Shown: in pieces, positions 28,657 to 39,329 of the stretch
How the letters are laid out: every line of letters begins with the position of its first letter
Numbering within the stretch: the stretch's first letter is position 1
NCBI GenBank assembly: GCA_902597385.1
Contig: CACJXQ010000007.1
Span: 4,272-68,271, forward strand
Reading direction: 5' to 3'
DNA: 64,000 nucleotides
Source: an uncultured Pseudomonadota bacterium
GTDB taxonomy: Bacteria; Pseudomonadota; Gammaproteobacteria; Ga0077536
Notes under the pieces: generated by a model
Database searches by the model: none
What the model saw: the letters and a program-made list of their open reading frames with translations, nothing else
Told to the model about the DNA's origin: nothing
Program-made: the position numbers and the translations under genes

Positions 28657-30957
28657 TTAAAACTGCGTGCCGAAATTAAACTGAAACTTTTGTATTTCAT
28701 CGCCAAATTGATCGTTAAAAGGCTTGGAGTAACTGACGGAAAGCAAGCCGAACGGTGACATCCAAATGCCCGACACTCCTACAGACATCCGCATATCCGA
28801 AAAGGTGAAAGATTCATTGGAAGCGAAAACGTTACCGACGTCATAAAATAAAGATAACCTGGTCGACTTTAGCTCTTGAATTGGGAGTGGCAGTATCATT
28901 TCGGCATTTCCCACAAACATTATATTGCCACCCAAGGCGCGACCAAATATATCTTGCGGCCCCAAAGAGGATTCGTCATATCCCCTCACTGTCCGAGGCC
29001 CTCCAGCGTAAAAGTTTCTAAAAAAAGGTAGTTCTGTAGTGGAACCATAACTATCTCCATATCCAACCTTGCCTTTCAAAAGCCCAGTGAAATTTCTCTT
29101 AAAAGGAATTTTGAAATAATATCGGGAATCATAATCAACTTTCCAGTAATAGAGGTCTCCGCCAGGAAGCGCGATCTCAGTAGAAATTCTCTGAAGGGTA
29201 CCAGAATCAGGAAAAATTCCCGCATTTCTGGTGTCGTAAGAGAAAGACGTTTGCAACCGGAAATTATCGTATTCTCTGCCTTCTCGCGCTAGAAATCTTG
29301 CGATAATTGGGTCAAGGAGAAATTGGTCGGTCTGGATTTCCGACCTCTCCCAATTTATTCCAATATTCATATAATTGAATTCAGTAAAAGGAATCCCAAA
29401 GGAAGCGCCCATAGAGACGTTTTTCTGATCGTATCTAGCAATCCTCCGCCTTCCAGCTTCAATCTCAGAGTAACTAAGGTCGAACCCACGTGCCACCCCG
29501 TCTATTGTCCAATAAGGATTAAAATAGCCCAACCGAAATGATTTATTGATTTCACTGTTATTAAACGTAAAATTTACACTCTTCCCGCTACCCATGAAAT
29601 TATCTTGGCTGACTTGGGTATTAAAAATTACTCCGGCACCCTGAGAAAACCCAGCGCCCAACATGAGGTTTCCCGAGGGTCTCTCTTCTACCATGAAATT
29701 CACATCGACTAGGTCCGTCGATCCTGGAACGGCAGGAGTCTCCACCACCGCCTCCTCGAAATAGCCGGTCCTTTTCAAACGAATCTTTGAACGTTCCACT
29801 TTTGGAGTGGAAATCCAACCTCCTTCCATCTGTCTCATTTCTCTGCGAAGAACTTCGTCTCTAGTTTTTCGGTTGCCATAAAAATTTATTCTTCGTACAT
29901 AGACCCTTTGACCGGGGTCAATATAGTAAGTTAGTTCCGCTGTTCTTGATTCCTTGTCTACATCAGGTATTGGATTGACGTTTGCAAAAGCATACCCTTC
30001 GTGGCCCAACCTGTCTGATATTGCCTTGCTGGTCGCTTCAACCATTTTTCTAGAGAAAACGTCTCCTTTTCTAGTGAAGACAAATCCATACAACTCAATT
30101 GGCTCGATAATCAAAGTACCAGAAAGCAAAACCTTATCAATAACGAAACTATCGCCTTCGGTAATATTGATTGTTACATACACACTTTCCTTATCAGGGG
30201 ATACCGAGACCTGCGTTGAATCGATTGAGAAGTTTAAATAACCATAGTCCTGATACCAAGACCGAAGCGTTTCTAAATCGCCTGATAATTTTTGTTTGGA
30301 ATATTGATCATCTTTTCTAAACCAGCTGAGCCAGTTACCAGTCTTTAGCTTAAAAACGTTTAGCAGCTCCTCATCCGAATAAACCGTATTACCAACAATT
30401 TTTATTTGCTTAATTTTTGCAGCTTCTCCCTCAACTATTAGAAAAGCTATCTCAATGGCATCCTCTCCGACAGGTGAGATTTCATAATCAACCTGAGCTC
30501 CATACTTACCATTTGAGTAATATTGACGTCTTAGCTCTTGAATGACTTTGTCTAGTTTTCCCTGATTAAAAACCTCCCCCTCAGAAAAACCCGCCTCAGC
30601 CAGACCATCCTCCAAATCCTCCGTCTTTATGGCGCGATTGCCGTCGAAAGTTATCAAAGCAATGGTAGGACGCTCTTCAACAGTCACTACTAGTACGTCG
30701 CCATCCCTTTCAAGCCTGACATCACGGAAGAACCCAGTTTTGAAAAGTGCACGGACGGCTTTTCTAATCCTATTTTCATCCATGGTATCGCCAATCGTCA
30801 CCGGCAAATAATTGAAGACCATTCCAGGTGAAATTTGTTTTAAGCCTCTTATTTGGATATCGTCAACTATGAACAGATCGTTCCCAAAAGCGGGCAAGTT
30901 AGTAACGGACAAAATGATGCAAAGATTCGCAAAGAAATGCCCTATTTTTTTCAGCAA
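28657..30957 (-). CDS. bamA: Outer-membrane protein assembly factor BamA
   Basis: 766 aa with POTRA repeats (IQIRGLKQIS...). The C-terminal barrel ends in KFQFNFGTQF. Confidence 0.96.
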   Translation of the reverse strand: MLKKIGHFFANLCIILSVTNLPAFGNDLFIVDDIQIRGLKQISPGMVFNYLPVTIGDTMDENRIRKAVRALFKTGFFRDVRLERDGDVLVVTVEERPTIALITFDGNRAIKTEDLEDGLAEAGFSEGEVFNQGKLDKVIQELRRQYYSNGKYGAQVDYEISPVGEDAIEIAFLIVEGEAAKIKQIKIVGNTVYSDEELLNVFKLKTGNWLSWFRKDDQYSKQKLSGDLETLRSWYQDYGYLNFSIDSTQVSVSPDKESVYVTINITEGDSFVIDKVLLSGTLIIEPIELYGFVFTRKGDVFSRKMVEATSKAISDRLGHEGYAFANVNPIPDVDKESRTAELTYYIDPGQRVYVRRINFYGNRKTRDEVLRREMRQMEGGWISTPKVERSKIRLKRTGYFEEAVVETPAVPGSTDLVDVNFMVEERPSGNLMLGAGFSQGAGVIFNTQVSQDNFMGSGKSVNFTFNNSEINKSFRLGYFNPYWTIDGVARGFDLSYSEIEAGRRRIARYDQKNVSMGASFGIPFTEFNYMNIGINWERSEIQTDQFLLDPIIARFLAREGREYDNFRLQTSFSYDTRNAGIFPDSGTLQRISTEIALPGGDLYYWKVDYDSRYYFKIPFKRNFTGLLKGKVGYGDSYGSTTELPFFRNFYAGGPRTVRGYDESSLGPQDIFGRALGGNIMFVGNAEMILPLPIQELKSTRLSLFYDVGNVFASNESFTFSDMRMSVGVSGIWMSPFGLLSVSYSKPFNDQFGDEIQKFQFNFGTQF

Positions 30958-30968
30958 AACATCAATCC

Positions 30969-32336
30969 TTAAAAGTTTAACTTCAATAAGTCGTTATAAG
31001 TTGCAACAAGAAAAAGTGATGCCAGAATAATAAGCCCCAATTGCATGCCAAACTGACGAAATTTTTTCGAAAGCGGTTTTCCGACAACCAATTCCAACGA
31101 GTAGTATAACAGGTGTCCGCCATCTAGCATTGGAATAGGCAACAAATTTATCACGCCAAGGCTGATACTTACCACTGCCAAAAATTTCAAAAGTTCAAAA
31201 AAACCCAGCTTTACCGACTCACCAGCGTAATTGGCAATCCCTATTGGTCCACTAAGATTTTTTGGAGAAGCATCGAGATTAATTAGTTTCCAAAGAAATT
31301 TTAAAGTCATTACACTCATTTGGACCGTTTTTTCTAATGCAAGCTCTCCTGCCGTAACCAGCCCGTAGCTCTCGGTAGCCCAAGCCGCAGATAGGTCAAC
31401 GGTTACCCCAACTTTCCCATACGCGCCAACCCCACGCTGAACAGTTTCTGGCGTGACCACGACAACAACTTGAGTTCCCTTTCTTTCGAGAATAACTAAG
31501 AGCTCGTTACCAGCATTGCTTCCCACTATTTGTGTAAACTCGGACCAACTCTCTACAAGGTTGCCGTTGATAGAGCGTACGCGATCCCCAGGCTTAAAAC
31601 CAGCATTCTGAGCTGGACTACCTCCGATTACTTTGTCAATGACTGCCTCTAGCTCTATCACTTTGGGTCTAAAACCAAGCACTTCGAAAGGACCTTCCTC
31701 CGATACTTCGTCTAACGACACACCAACCAAGTTGATGGTTTTACCCTTTCGTTCACCTTTAACTGTTATTACTTCGACTTCTGTCTCATCCTCATCGAGG
31801 ACAGCATCAACAAAAGCGTGTAAAAATCCTTCCCAAGTACGAACTTCAGTTTTTCCTACCGACATAAACTGGTCACCGTATTCCAAACCAGACTCCTCTG
31901 CTTTTGAGGATTCGCGGATCTCTCCTACAATTGGTTTAGGTCCACCCACACCAACTACAAATAAGAACCAATAAAGAACAATAGCTAAAATAAAATTCGC
32001 CATAGGTCCCGCCAATAGAATAGAACACTTTGCTAGGAAGGACATTTCGTTAAGGGCGGCACCACGCGCTGAATCAGAGGGAATTTCTGCTTGCTTCGTT
32101 GCAGATTCTTTTTCATCCAACATTGATACGTAGCCACCAAGCGGGATTGCAGAAAGGATGTATTCAGTCCCATTCTTTTTAAAACCACAAATCCTTTTAC
32201 CAAAGCCAATTGAAAACACGAGAACCCTCACTCCGCACAACCTAGCGACAAGGAAATGTCCTAGCTCATGCACGGTTACCAGTATACTAATAACGCCAAT
32301 GAAGGCTAATATTTTGACTAAAATTTCGGGGATCAT
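30969..32336 (-). CDS. rseP: Sigma-E protease regulator, zinc metalloprotease RseP
   Basis: 455 aa. It has the HELGH zinc motif (VHELGHFLVAR), PDZ-like middle regions and NLLPIPMLDGGH. Confidence 0.95.
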   Translation of the reverse strand: MIPEILVKILAFIGVISILVTVHELGHFLVARLCGVRVLVFSIGFGKRICGFKKNGTEYILSAIPLGGYVSMLDEKESATKQAEIPSDSARGAALNEMSFLAKCSILLAGPMANFILAIVLYWFLFVVGVGGPKPIVGEIRESSKAEESGLEYGDQFMSVGKTEVRTWEGFLHAFVDAVLDEDETEVEVITVKGERKGKTINLVGVSLDEVSEEGPFEVLGFRPKVIELEAVIDKVIGGSPAQNAGFKPGDRVRSINGNLVESWSEFTQIVGSNAGNELLVILERKGTQVVVVVTPETVQRGVGAYGKVGVTVDLSAAWATESYGLVTAGELALEKTVQMSVMTLKFLWKLINLDASPKNLSGPIGIANYAGESVKLGFFELLKFLAVVSISLGVINLLPIPMLDGGHLLYYSLELVVGKPLSKKFRQFGMQLGLIILASLFLVATYNDLLKLNF

Positions 32337-33517
32337 ATGGTCTTTATTTTACTGCTAACCTCTTGTCTCGTTTCTTGGTCAACAGACAGGATTAAATCAA
32401 TTGTATTAGCTTCTTTCACACTGTGGCTCGATAGCGCGGCCTCAACAACATGAGGTATGTCAGTAAATTTTATTTGCGCATTTAAGAATGCTGATACAGC
32501 AACCTCGTTCGCAGCGTTTAAAACTGCAGGTGCAGTACCCCCAATTCGGATAGCGTCTTGCGCTAACTTAAGGCAAGGGAAGCGAAGCAAATCAGGCTCT
32601 TCAAAGTTTAACTGCTTGACTGAGAACAGGTCTAGAGAGCCCACCCCAGACTCGCCCCGCTCAGGCCATAACAAAGAATAGGCAATGGGAGTGCGCATGT
32701 CAGGGTTTCCCATTTGAGAGATAATAGAGCCATCGGCGTACTCAACCATTGAATGGATTATACTTTCCGGATGAATTACAACCTGAACATCACTGCACTT
32801 AACATTGAACAACCAGCAAGCCTCGATCACCTCCAATCCTTTATTCATCATTGATGCTGAGTCCACCGATATTTTCTTGCCCATGACCCAATTTGGATGG
32901 GCGCACGCTTCGTTCGGTGTAACTCTCTCAAGCTGTTTTAGAGTTTTTTTTCTGAATGGTCCCCCGGATGCGGTTAGGATAATTTTCTTCACACCCTTTG
33001 CACTGAAACCCTCACCCTTCTTTTCTATGCTAGGAAGGCACTGGAAGATAGCATTGTGCTCACTGTCAATGGGTAAAAGCTGGGCACCATTTTCCTCAAC
33101 CGCATTCATAAACAACTGGCCGGACATCACCAAAGACTCTTTATTAGCTAGCATCACGCGTTTCCCTGCCTGTGCAGCTGCTAAATTAGGCAAAAGCCCA
33201 GCTGCCCCTACAATCCCCGCCATTACATAGTCCGTATTTGGATGAGACGCTACATGCTCTAAACCAGCTTGGCCCCATATTACTTTAACTTTAAGGCCAG
33301 CTTTTTTCACTTTCCGTTCCAAAGTATCGGCTGCTTTTTCTTCCACCATCACGGCGTATTCAGGATCCCAGACGACACATTGTCGAAACATTTTTTCACA
33401 ATTGGAATACGCAGTCAGAGCAAAAAGAGAAAACTTATCTGGGTGCAGAGATAACACCTTTAAGGTACTATCACCGATAGTCCCTGTGGATCCCAAGATA
33501 GTTAACGCTTTACTCAT
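32333..33517 (-). CDS. dxr: 1-deoxy-D-xylulose 5-phosphate reductoisomerase
   Basis: ILGSTGTIGDSTL, LANKESLV and NAANEVAV match Dxr. The start is set at the ATG at 33517 (MSKALTILGSTG) rather than the track's 33547. It overlaps the cdsA stop by 8 nt. Confidence 0.95.
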   Translation of the reverse strand: MSKALTILGSTGTIGDSTLKVLSLHPDKFSLFALTAYSNCEKMFRQCVVWDPEYAVMVEEKAADTLERKVKKAGLKVKVIWGQAGLEHVASHPNTDYVMAGIVGAAGLLPNLAAAQAGKRVMLANKESLVMSGQLFMNAVEENGAQLLPIDSEHNAIFQCLPSIEKKGEGFSAKGVKKIILTASGGPFRKKTLKQLERVTPNEACAHPNWVMGKKISVDSASMMNKGLEVIEACWLFNVKCSDVQVVIHPESIIHSMVEYADGSIISQMGNPDMRTPIAYSLLWPERGESGVGSLDLFSVKQLNFEEPDLLRFPCLKLAQDAIRIGGTAPAVLNAANEVAVSAFLNAQIKFTDIPHVVEAALSSHSVKEANTIDLILSVDQETRQEVSSKIKTI

Positions 33518-34349
33518 AAACCCCGGCCAAAATTGTGATTCCAGCAAACACTGGGGCTCCAGCTAGCAAGCTATCGACCCGATCGAGAACGCCTCCATGT
33601 CCGGGCAAAAGATTACCAGAATCTTTCAAATTAGCCATACGCTTAAATAGACTCTCTAACAGGTCGCCAACAATAGCAAAAAAGACTGTAGCAAAAGTTA
33701 GACACAGCAAGATAGGAATATCAAAAGACAGTAAAAAATATCCTGATACTAATGACACCACACTACCTCCAACCACGCCAAACCACACCCCTTCCCAAGT
33801 CTTCCGCGGACTAATCGAGGATACAAATTTGCGACGCCCTTTTGATTTCCCGCCAAAATAAGCCAAAGTGTCGACTGAGCAAACAGTGCTTAAAAGTACT
33901 ATCAAAAGAGCCGAAGACTGCTCATAAAGATAAATTAATGAGGCACAAGTGCAGGAAAGAATAACGACGCCAGCGCAGGCAAAGAACCATCCACCTTCTG
34001 TACAAAATAAGCCTGGACCCTCGGCAGCTCTGTAAATAAAAATCGTCGCAAAAAACCAAAAAACAACGCCAATGAAAATAAAAGTAGTCATCAGTTCTGA
34101 GCTTTTAGCCGAATAAAAACAGAAGACACACAAGCCTAAAACTAAAACACTATAAATTATTTTTGATAAGTAATCTCTCAAACCAATAAATGATGTCCAT
34201 TCAAAAGCAGAAATAAAAATCACCAACCAAATCAGCGAGAGAAAAAATATTCCTTCAGAAAGCACTCCCAGCAGTACAACGGACGCTAAAACTATTCCAG
34301 TAACTATCCTTTGTAACGAACTGCCCCTTGATTTACCTTCTTCAGTCAT
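33510..34349 (-). CDS. cdsA: Phosphatidate cytidylyltransferase
   Basis: 279 aa, polytopic. The C-terminal signature is SLFKRMANLKDSGNLLPGHGGVLDRVDS. Confidence 0.93.
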   Translation of the reverse strand: MTEEGKSRGSSLQRIVTGIVLASVVLLGVLSEGIFFLSLIWLVIFISAFEWTSFIGLRDYLSKIIYSVLVLGLCVFCFYSAKSSELMTTFIFIGVVFWFFATIFIYRAAEGPGLFCTEGGWFFACAGVVILSCTCASLIYLYEQSSALLIVLLSTVCSVDTLAYFGGKSKGRRKFVSSISPRKTWEGVWFGVVGGSVVSLVSGYFLLSFDIPILLCLTFATVFFAIVGDLLESLFKRMANLKDSGNLLPGHGGVLDRVDSLLAGAPVFAGITILAGVYE

Positions 34350-34378
34350 TACTCACCACATCGTTCCTTTACTGTGTT

Positions 34379-35137
34379 TCACTGAGACAGAGATTCAACA
34401 TCTTTTGAATGAATTTGCTCATGAGTTTTTCCGAATCTTCGCTCTCGTCTGGAGAATGCTGTTAAGGCTTCCTCGAAGGCCGATACATCAAATTCGGGCC
34501 AGTACTTTTCGGTGAAATACAGCTCCGTATAAGCCAACTGCCAAAGTAAATAATTACTGAGTCGCTTTTCGCCTCCTGTCCGAATCAGTAAGTCTGGCTC
34601 TGGTACTTCTGAGAGGGACATCTTTTTGGCTATGGTATCGATATTTATTTGTTCAGGTCGGATAACACCGGTCACCACGCTTTCGCAAACCTTCTGAGCA
34701 GCCTGGGTTATGTCCCACCGCCCGCCGTAATTTGCAGCAATTGTTAAAAGCAACTTGGGGTTGGGAGAAAAACTTTTCTCTACAGACCTTATTTTTTCCC
34801 GTAGTTCATTAGGAAATGCCTCTAAATCTCCAATAAAGGCCAGCCGTACCCCGCTTTCTTTTAATTGGTTTGCTTCTTTCTCGATGGCTCTTACGAAAAG
34901 ATGTAATAGATAGGTGACTTCACTCTCTGGTCGTCGCCAATTTTCGCTACTAAAAGCGAACAATGTTAAAAACTCTACACCAACCTTAACACAGTGTTGA
35001 ACCAGTCCCCTAACCCGCTCCAGCCCCTCCAAATGGCCTTCGGTCCTCTCCAAGTTCCTTTCCCTTGCCCACCTGCCGTTCCCGTCCATTATGATGGCGA
35101 CATGGTTTGGCAAATATTCTAGGTCTTTTGACGTCAT
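34379..35137 (-). CDS. uppS: Ditrans,polycis-undecaprenyl-diphosphate synthase
   Basis: 252 aa. HVAIIMDGNGRWA, FAFSSENWRRP and IRTGGEKRLSNYLLWQLAYTELYF match UppS. Confidence 0.96.
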   Translation of the reverse strand: MTSKDLEYLPNHVAIIMDGNGRWARERNLERTEGHLEGLERVRGLVQHCVKVGVEFLTLFAFSSENWRRPESEVTYLLHLFVRAIEKEANQLKESGVRLAFIGDLEAFPNELREKIRSVEKSFSPNPKLLLTIAANYGGRWDITQAAQKVCESVVTGVIRPEQINIDTIAKKMSLSEVPEPDLLIRTGGEKRLSNYLLWQLAYTELYFTEKYWPEFDVSAFEEALTAFSRRERRFGKTHEQIHSKDVESLSQ

Positions 35138-35206
35138 AAATAAGCACCCATGAGCAAAAACGAAACCATGCCTAATCCAACCTCGAGCAGTTTCGTCTTA
35201 AAAAGT

Positions 35207-35761
35207 CTAGATTTCCATGATTTCCGACTCTTTATCTTTTACAACATTGTCCATACTGGCAATATATTTGTCAGTAAGTTTCTGTATTTGATCTCCTGCC
35301 TTTCTCTCATCGTCCTCAGACATCTCTTTCGCTTTCACTAACTCTTTATATTTTGCCAATGCATCCCGACGGAGATTTCTTACTGCGACCTTGGCGCCCT
35401 CTGCCTCACTTTTCAATACTTTTATTAGGTCTTTCCGCCTTTCCTCCGTCATCGGAGGAATGGGTATTCTTATCAGCGTGCCCGCACTATTAGGAGTTAA
35501 CCCCAGGTTACTCTCCATTATCGCTTTTTCTACAGATTCAACCATGCTTTTATCCCAGACGGTAACAGACAAAGTACGGGGATCTTCTACCCCAACATTC
35601 GCAACTTGGGAAAGCGGTGATTTATTTCCGTAGTAATCAACTGAAATGTGATGCAGAAGACTTGTGTGAGCCCTACCTGTTCTGAGCCTCATAAGGCTCG
35701 AGCTCAGTGATTCCACCGATTTAATCATCTTCTCTTCAGCTATTTTTCTAATATCTTCCAT
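35207..35761 (-). CDS. frr: Ribosome recycling factor
   Basis: 184 aa. LRTGRAHTSLL, IRIPIPPMTEERR and VAVRNLRRD match Frr. Confidence 0.96.
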   Translation of the reverse strand: MEDIRKIAEEKMIKSVESLSSSLMRLRTGRAHTSLLHHISVDYYGNKSPLSQVANVGVEDPRTLSVTVWDKSMVESVEKAIMESNLGLTPNSAGTLIRIPIPPMTEERRKDLIKVLKSEAEGAKVAVRNLRRDALAKYKELVKAKEMSEDDERKAGDQIQKLTDKYIASMDNVVKDKESEIMEI

Positions 35762-35767
35762 TATTTA

Positions 35768-36493
35768 TTATACCGTCACTATTGTTCCAACTTCCTTTCC
35801 CAGAGCAGCATCCAAAAAGGCGCCGTGTTTCATCATGTTGACCACCCTTAATGGCATACCATTATCCCGACACAAAACCACCGCCGTTGCATCCATTACT
35901 GAGAGCTTTTTGCCCAAAACATCATCATAACTCAGCCTTTTGTATAATTTTGCGGAACTATCCTCCATGGGATCGGCAGAATACACTCCGTCTACTTTTG
36001 TTGCCTTGATTAAAATGTCAGCATCTATTTCAACTGCTCTCAAACTGGCAGCAGAATCTGTTGTAAAAAACGGGTTGCCTGTACCGGCGGCTAGCACGAC
36101 AATTCTGCCCTTCTCCAGATGTCGAACCGCCCTTCGCCTAATGTAGTCTTCACACACCTCATTGATTTTTATGGCTGACATAACTCTAGCGTACATCCCC
36201 GTTCTTTCCAAAGAATCCTGGATAGCCAATGCATTGATTACTGTTGCCAACATCCCCATCTGGTCTGCAGTAACTCTCTCCATCCCAAGATCCGCGAGTC
36301 CTTTGCCCCTCAAAATATTCCCCCCACCGATCACTATCGCAACCTCTACTCCAGACTGGTTGAGTTCAGAGATCTCGCTCGCTATTCGTTCTAGTACTGA
36401 TTGATTTATACCGTACTGATCTTCACCCATGAGAACTTCACCACTGAGCTTAATCAGAACCCTTTTGTATTTGGGACTTTCGTTTATTTGCAT
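35768..36493 (-). CDS. pyrH: UMP kinase
   Basis: 241 aa. [21 protein letters not shown] and [12 protein letters not shown] match PyrH. Confidence 0.96.
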   Translation of the reverse strand: MQINESPKYKRVLIKLSGEVLMGEDQYGINQSVLERIASEISELNQSGVEVAIVIGGGNILRGKGLADLGMERVTADQMGMLATVINALAIQDSLERTGMYARVMSAIKINEVCEDYIRRRAVRHLEKGRIVVLAAGTGNPFFTTDSAASLRAVEIDADILIKATKVDGVYSADPMEDSSAKLYKRLSYDDVLGKKLSVMDATAVVLCRDNGMPLRVVNMMKHGAFLDAALGKEVGTIVTV

Positions 36494-36523
36494 ATCCCTA
36501 TCATTTAAGTAATTGTTTCAAGA

Positions 36524-37399
36524 TCAGCCAGTATTTTGGGCTTGAGCCGCAACTTCCTCTGCGAAATCTGTAGTCTTTTTCTCAATCCCCTCCCCAACTT
36601 CAAAGCGATAAAATTTTGAAATAGAACTTTTTGTTTCATCGAGATAAGCGGCTACAGTTTTTTCATTGTCTTTCACATAGCTTTGACCAAGCAAGGTATT
36701 TTCAGCAACGAACTTCTTCATTTTGCCAGATACCATCTTCTCGATGATTTCTGGTGGTTTGCCAGTTTCCTCTGCTTGAGAGCGGTGGATCTCTCTTTCC
36801 TTCTCAAGCACGTCATCCTGCAAGTCTTCCGAACCAATCGCCAAAGGGTTTGTCGCTGCTATATGCATGGCAACATCTCTAGCGACGTCCTCACTAGAAG
36901 AGTCTACAAGAGTTACAACACCAATCTTGTTACCATGCAAATAGATTCCGGCAACCTGCTGCCTTTTTTCTACTGTAACGAACCTTCTTAAATCAATTTT
37001 TTCCCCAACCTTTACTGACAACTCAGTCGCTACCTCCTCTATCAAGCCGTTTGGCGTGCTACAGTTTTTTAAAGCCTCTAAGTCTTCAGGCCCCTCTGCA
37101 AGAATCTTCTCCGCCACTAGCTCTGCGAAAGAGCGAAAATTTTCATCGTTAGCAACGAAATCTGTTTCACAATTGATCTCGACCAAGCATACGTATTCCT
37201 CATTTTGTTTCGCCAAAACCAGCCCTTCCGCAGCTGTACGCCCAGCCTTTTTTGCAGCTTTAGCAATTCCGGACTTTCTCAGAACTCCTATTGCAGCTTC
37301 AAGATCTCCATCAGCCTCTTCTAAGGCTTTTTTGCAATCCATCATTCCGGCTCCCGAACGTTCTCGGAGCTCTTTCACCATCGATGCGGTTATTGTCAT
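36524..37399 (-). CDS. tsf: Elongation factor Ts
   Basis: 291 aa. ITASMVKELRERSGAGMMDCKKAL is the EF-Ts N-terminus. Confidence 0.96.
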   Translation of the reverse strand: MTITASMVKELRERSGAGMMDCKKALEEADGDLEAAIGVLRKSGIAKAAKKAGRTAAEGLVLAKQNEEYVCLVEINCETDFVANDENFRSFAELVAEKILAEGPEDLEALKNCSTPNGLIEEVATELSVKVGEKIDLRRFVTVEKRQQVAGIYLHGNKIGVVTLVDSSSEDVARDVAMHIAATNPLAIGSEDLQDDVLEKEREIHRSQAEETGKPPEIIEKMVSGKMKKFVAENTLLGQSYVKDNEKTVAAYLDETKSSISKFYRFEVGEGIEKKTTDFAEEVAAQAQNTG

Positions 37400-37441
37400 T
37401 ATATTTAACCTATTTTAGTTTTCTGTACTGAGGGGGGGTGC

Positions 37442-38347
37442 CTACTCACCTTCACCATCAGGGGCGCTATCGCCATTTGCTTTGACAGCATCTGCCCCCT
37501 CTTTGGTCGAATCTTCTTGTATCTGCGAATCGGCGTCTTCTGAAGATACATCTTGGGGGCTCGCGATATCTTGGGAGGTATTGCTAGCATCCGACGATGA
37601 CGGCTGACTAGGACTCTCTACTTCGACAAATTCTTCCAAGCCCCCGCGATCGTGCATGGAACTTAGTCTACCATCCAGGATTGAGTCGGCCATTGCTTTC
37701 GCATATAAACCGATAGATCGAATTGCATCATCATTACCGGGAACGACATAGTCCAGGCCATCAGGGGAATTATTTGTATCCACGATACCAACTACTGGGA
37801 TCCCTAGCTTACCTGCCTCAGCTACCGCTATTCGCTCAAAACCAACATCAACCACAAATAAAGCATCTGGTAGATTTTCCATATTTTTGATCCCTCCGAG
37901 ACCCTGGTTAAGCTTTGCTAGTTCTCGAGTTAAATTCAACCCTTCCTTTTTTGACATGCGTTCCAAGCCCCCAGACTCTACTAACGCTTCCGAGTCTCGA
38001 AGTTTTTGGATAGACTGCTTCACAGTTTTAAAATTAGTGAGCATTCCGCCAAGCCAACGCCTATTGACAAAGGGCATCCCCGCTCGATCAGCTTCTTTTG
38101 CTATAGTTTCTTGGGCCGCCCTTTTTGTACCCACAAAAAGTATTTTCCCGCCACGTGCAGCAATTCCACCAATGAAATTGGTCGCCTCTTGTAAGGCTTG
38201 CACGGTATGATCGAGATTAATGATATGAATTTTATTTCTTTGGCCGTAAATAAACGGAGCCATTTTTGGATGCCAGAATCTAGTTTGATGCCCGAAGTGA
38301 GCGCCAGCCTCTAAAAGCTCGCGCATATGTACAGTACTCATCGTCAT
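37442..38347 (-). CDS. rpsB: 30S ribosomal protein S2 with a ~60-aa acidic C-terminal extension
   Basis: 301 aa. [22 protein letters not shown] and [11 protein letters not shown] match S2. The tail after about residue 240 is rich in S, D and E. Confidence 0.96.
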   Translation of the reverse strand: MTMSTVHMRELLEAGAHFGHQTRFWHPKMAPFIYGQRNKIHIINLDHTVQALQEATNFIGGIAARGGKILFVGTKRAAQETIAKEADRAGMPFVNRRWLGGMLTNFKTVKQSIQKLRDSEALVESGGLERMSKKEGLNLTRELAKLNQGLGGIKNMENLPDALFVVDVGFERIAVAEAGKLGIPVVGIVDTNNSPDGLDYVVPGNDDAIRSIGLYAKAMADSILDGRLSSMHDRGGLEEFVEVESPSQPSSSDASNTSQDIASPQDVSSEDADSQIQEDSTKEGADAVKANGDSAPDGEGE

Positions 38348-38541
38348 GTTTCTCCATTGTTATAGGGTTTTGCCTCCACAAGTCCCAATTGCCAATCTCG
38401 TCGTATCTAGACTGATACGTGCGAGACACCCTAACAACTGTGTCGACCTATGTGAGAGATTTATTTGTCTTCTTGCCTTATTAGCGGCCGATTTATACCA
38501 TATATACCGTCAAACAACAATAATTTAACGAATAGACCATT

Positions 38542-39312
38542 ATGCCTGTCTCAATTAAAACACCCGCTGAGATTGAAAAAATGCGTACTGCCGGAAAACT
38601 AGCAGCTGAGGTGCTCGAACACATAGAGCACAGCGTGGTGGACGGAGTTACTACGGCCGATCTAGACAAGATATGCCATGAGTACATAGTTGATGTTCAG
38701 AATGCTATTCCGGCACCTTTAAATTATCACGGCTTCCCAAAATCCATTTGCACTTCTGTGAACCACGTCGTTTGTCACGGCATCCCGTCGGACAAACGCC
38801 TGAAGACAGGGGATATTGTCAATATTGACATAACAGTCATAAAGGATGGATACCACGGAGACACCTCAAAAATGTTCGGAGTTGGGGAAATTTCAAGTAA
38901 AGCCCATCGCCTCATAGATACCTGTTACTCTTGCCTTAAAGAGGGAATCGCTTTGGTAGAACCGGGCCAAAGACTAGGCACGATTGGTCATCGTATCCAA
39001 AATCTAGCCGAGGGAAAAAAGTATTCCGTTGTCCGAGAATACTGCGGCCATGGTATCGGTTCAGTGTTCCACGAAGAGCCCCAGGTTCTTCACTACGGAA
39101 ACGAGAATACTGGCTTGGCGCTCCAGGCAGGCATGATTTTCACCATAGAGCCTATGATAAATTTAGGGAAAAGACACGTCAGGTTACTCTCTGATGATTG
39201 GACTGTAATAACAAAAGACAGAAGTCTATCAGCACAATGGGAACATACAATTTTGGTCACCGATGATGGGCATGAAGTTCTTACTGCTCGCACTGGCGAA
39301 AAATTTAATTAA
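38542..39312 (+). CDS. map: Type I methionine aminopeptidase
   Basis: 256 aa. VCHGIP, DIVNIDITV, GHGIG and EHTILVT (metal ligands) match Map. Confidence 0.96.
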   Translation: MPVSIKTPAEIEKMRTAGKLAAEVLEHIEHSVVDGVTTADLDKICHEYIVDVQNAIPAPLNYHGFPKSICTSVNHVVCHGIPSDKRLKTGDIVNIDITVIKDGYHGDTSKMFGVGEISSKAHRLIDTCYSCLKEGIALVEPGQRLGTIGHRIQNLAEGKKYSVVREYCGHGIGSVFHEEPQVLHYGNENTGLALQAGMIFTIEPMINLGKRHVRLLSDDWTVITKDRSLSAQWEHTILVTDDGHEVLTARTGEKFN

Positions 39313-39329
39313 GTTTAACGAAGCATAAA

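Noticed and set aside
37405-37590. A 61-aa Lys/Arg-rich minus-strand ORF overlapping the 3' end of rpsB in another frame.
   Set aside because: It is an out-of-frame reading of the acidic S2 tail region, where GA-rich codons read as K/R in the shifted frame. There is no independent ribosome-binding site or spacing.
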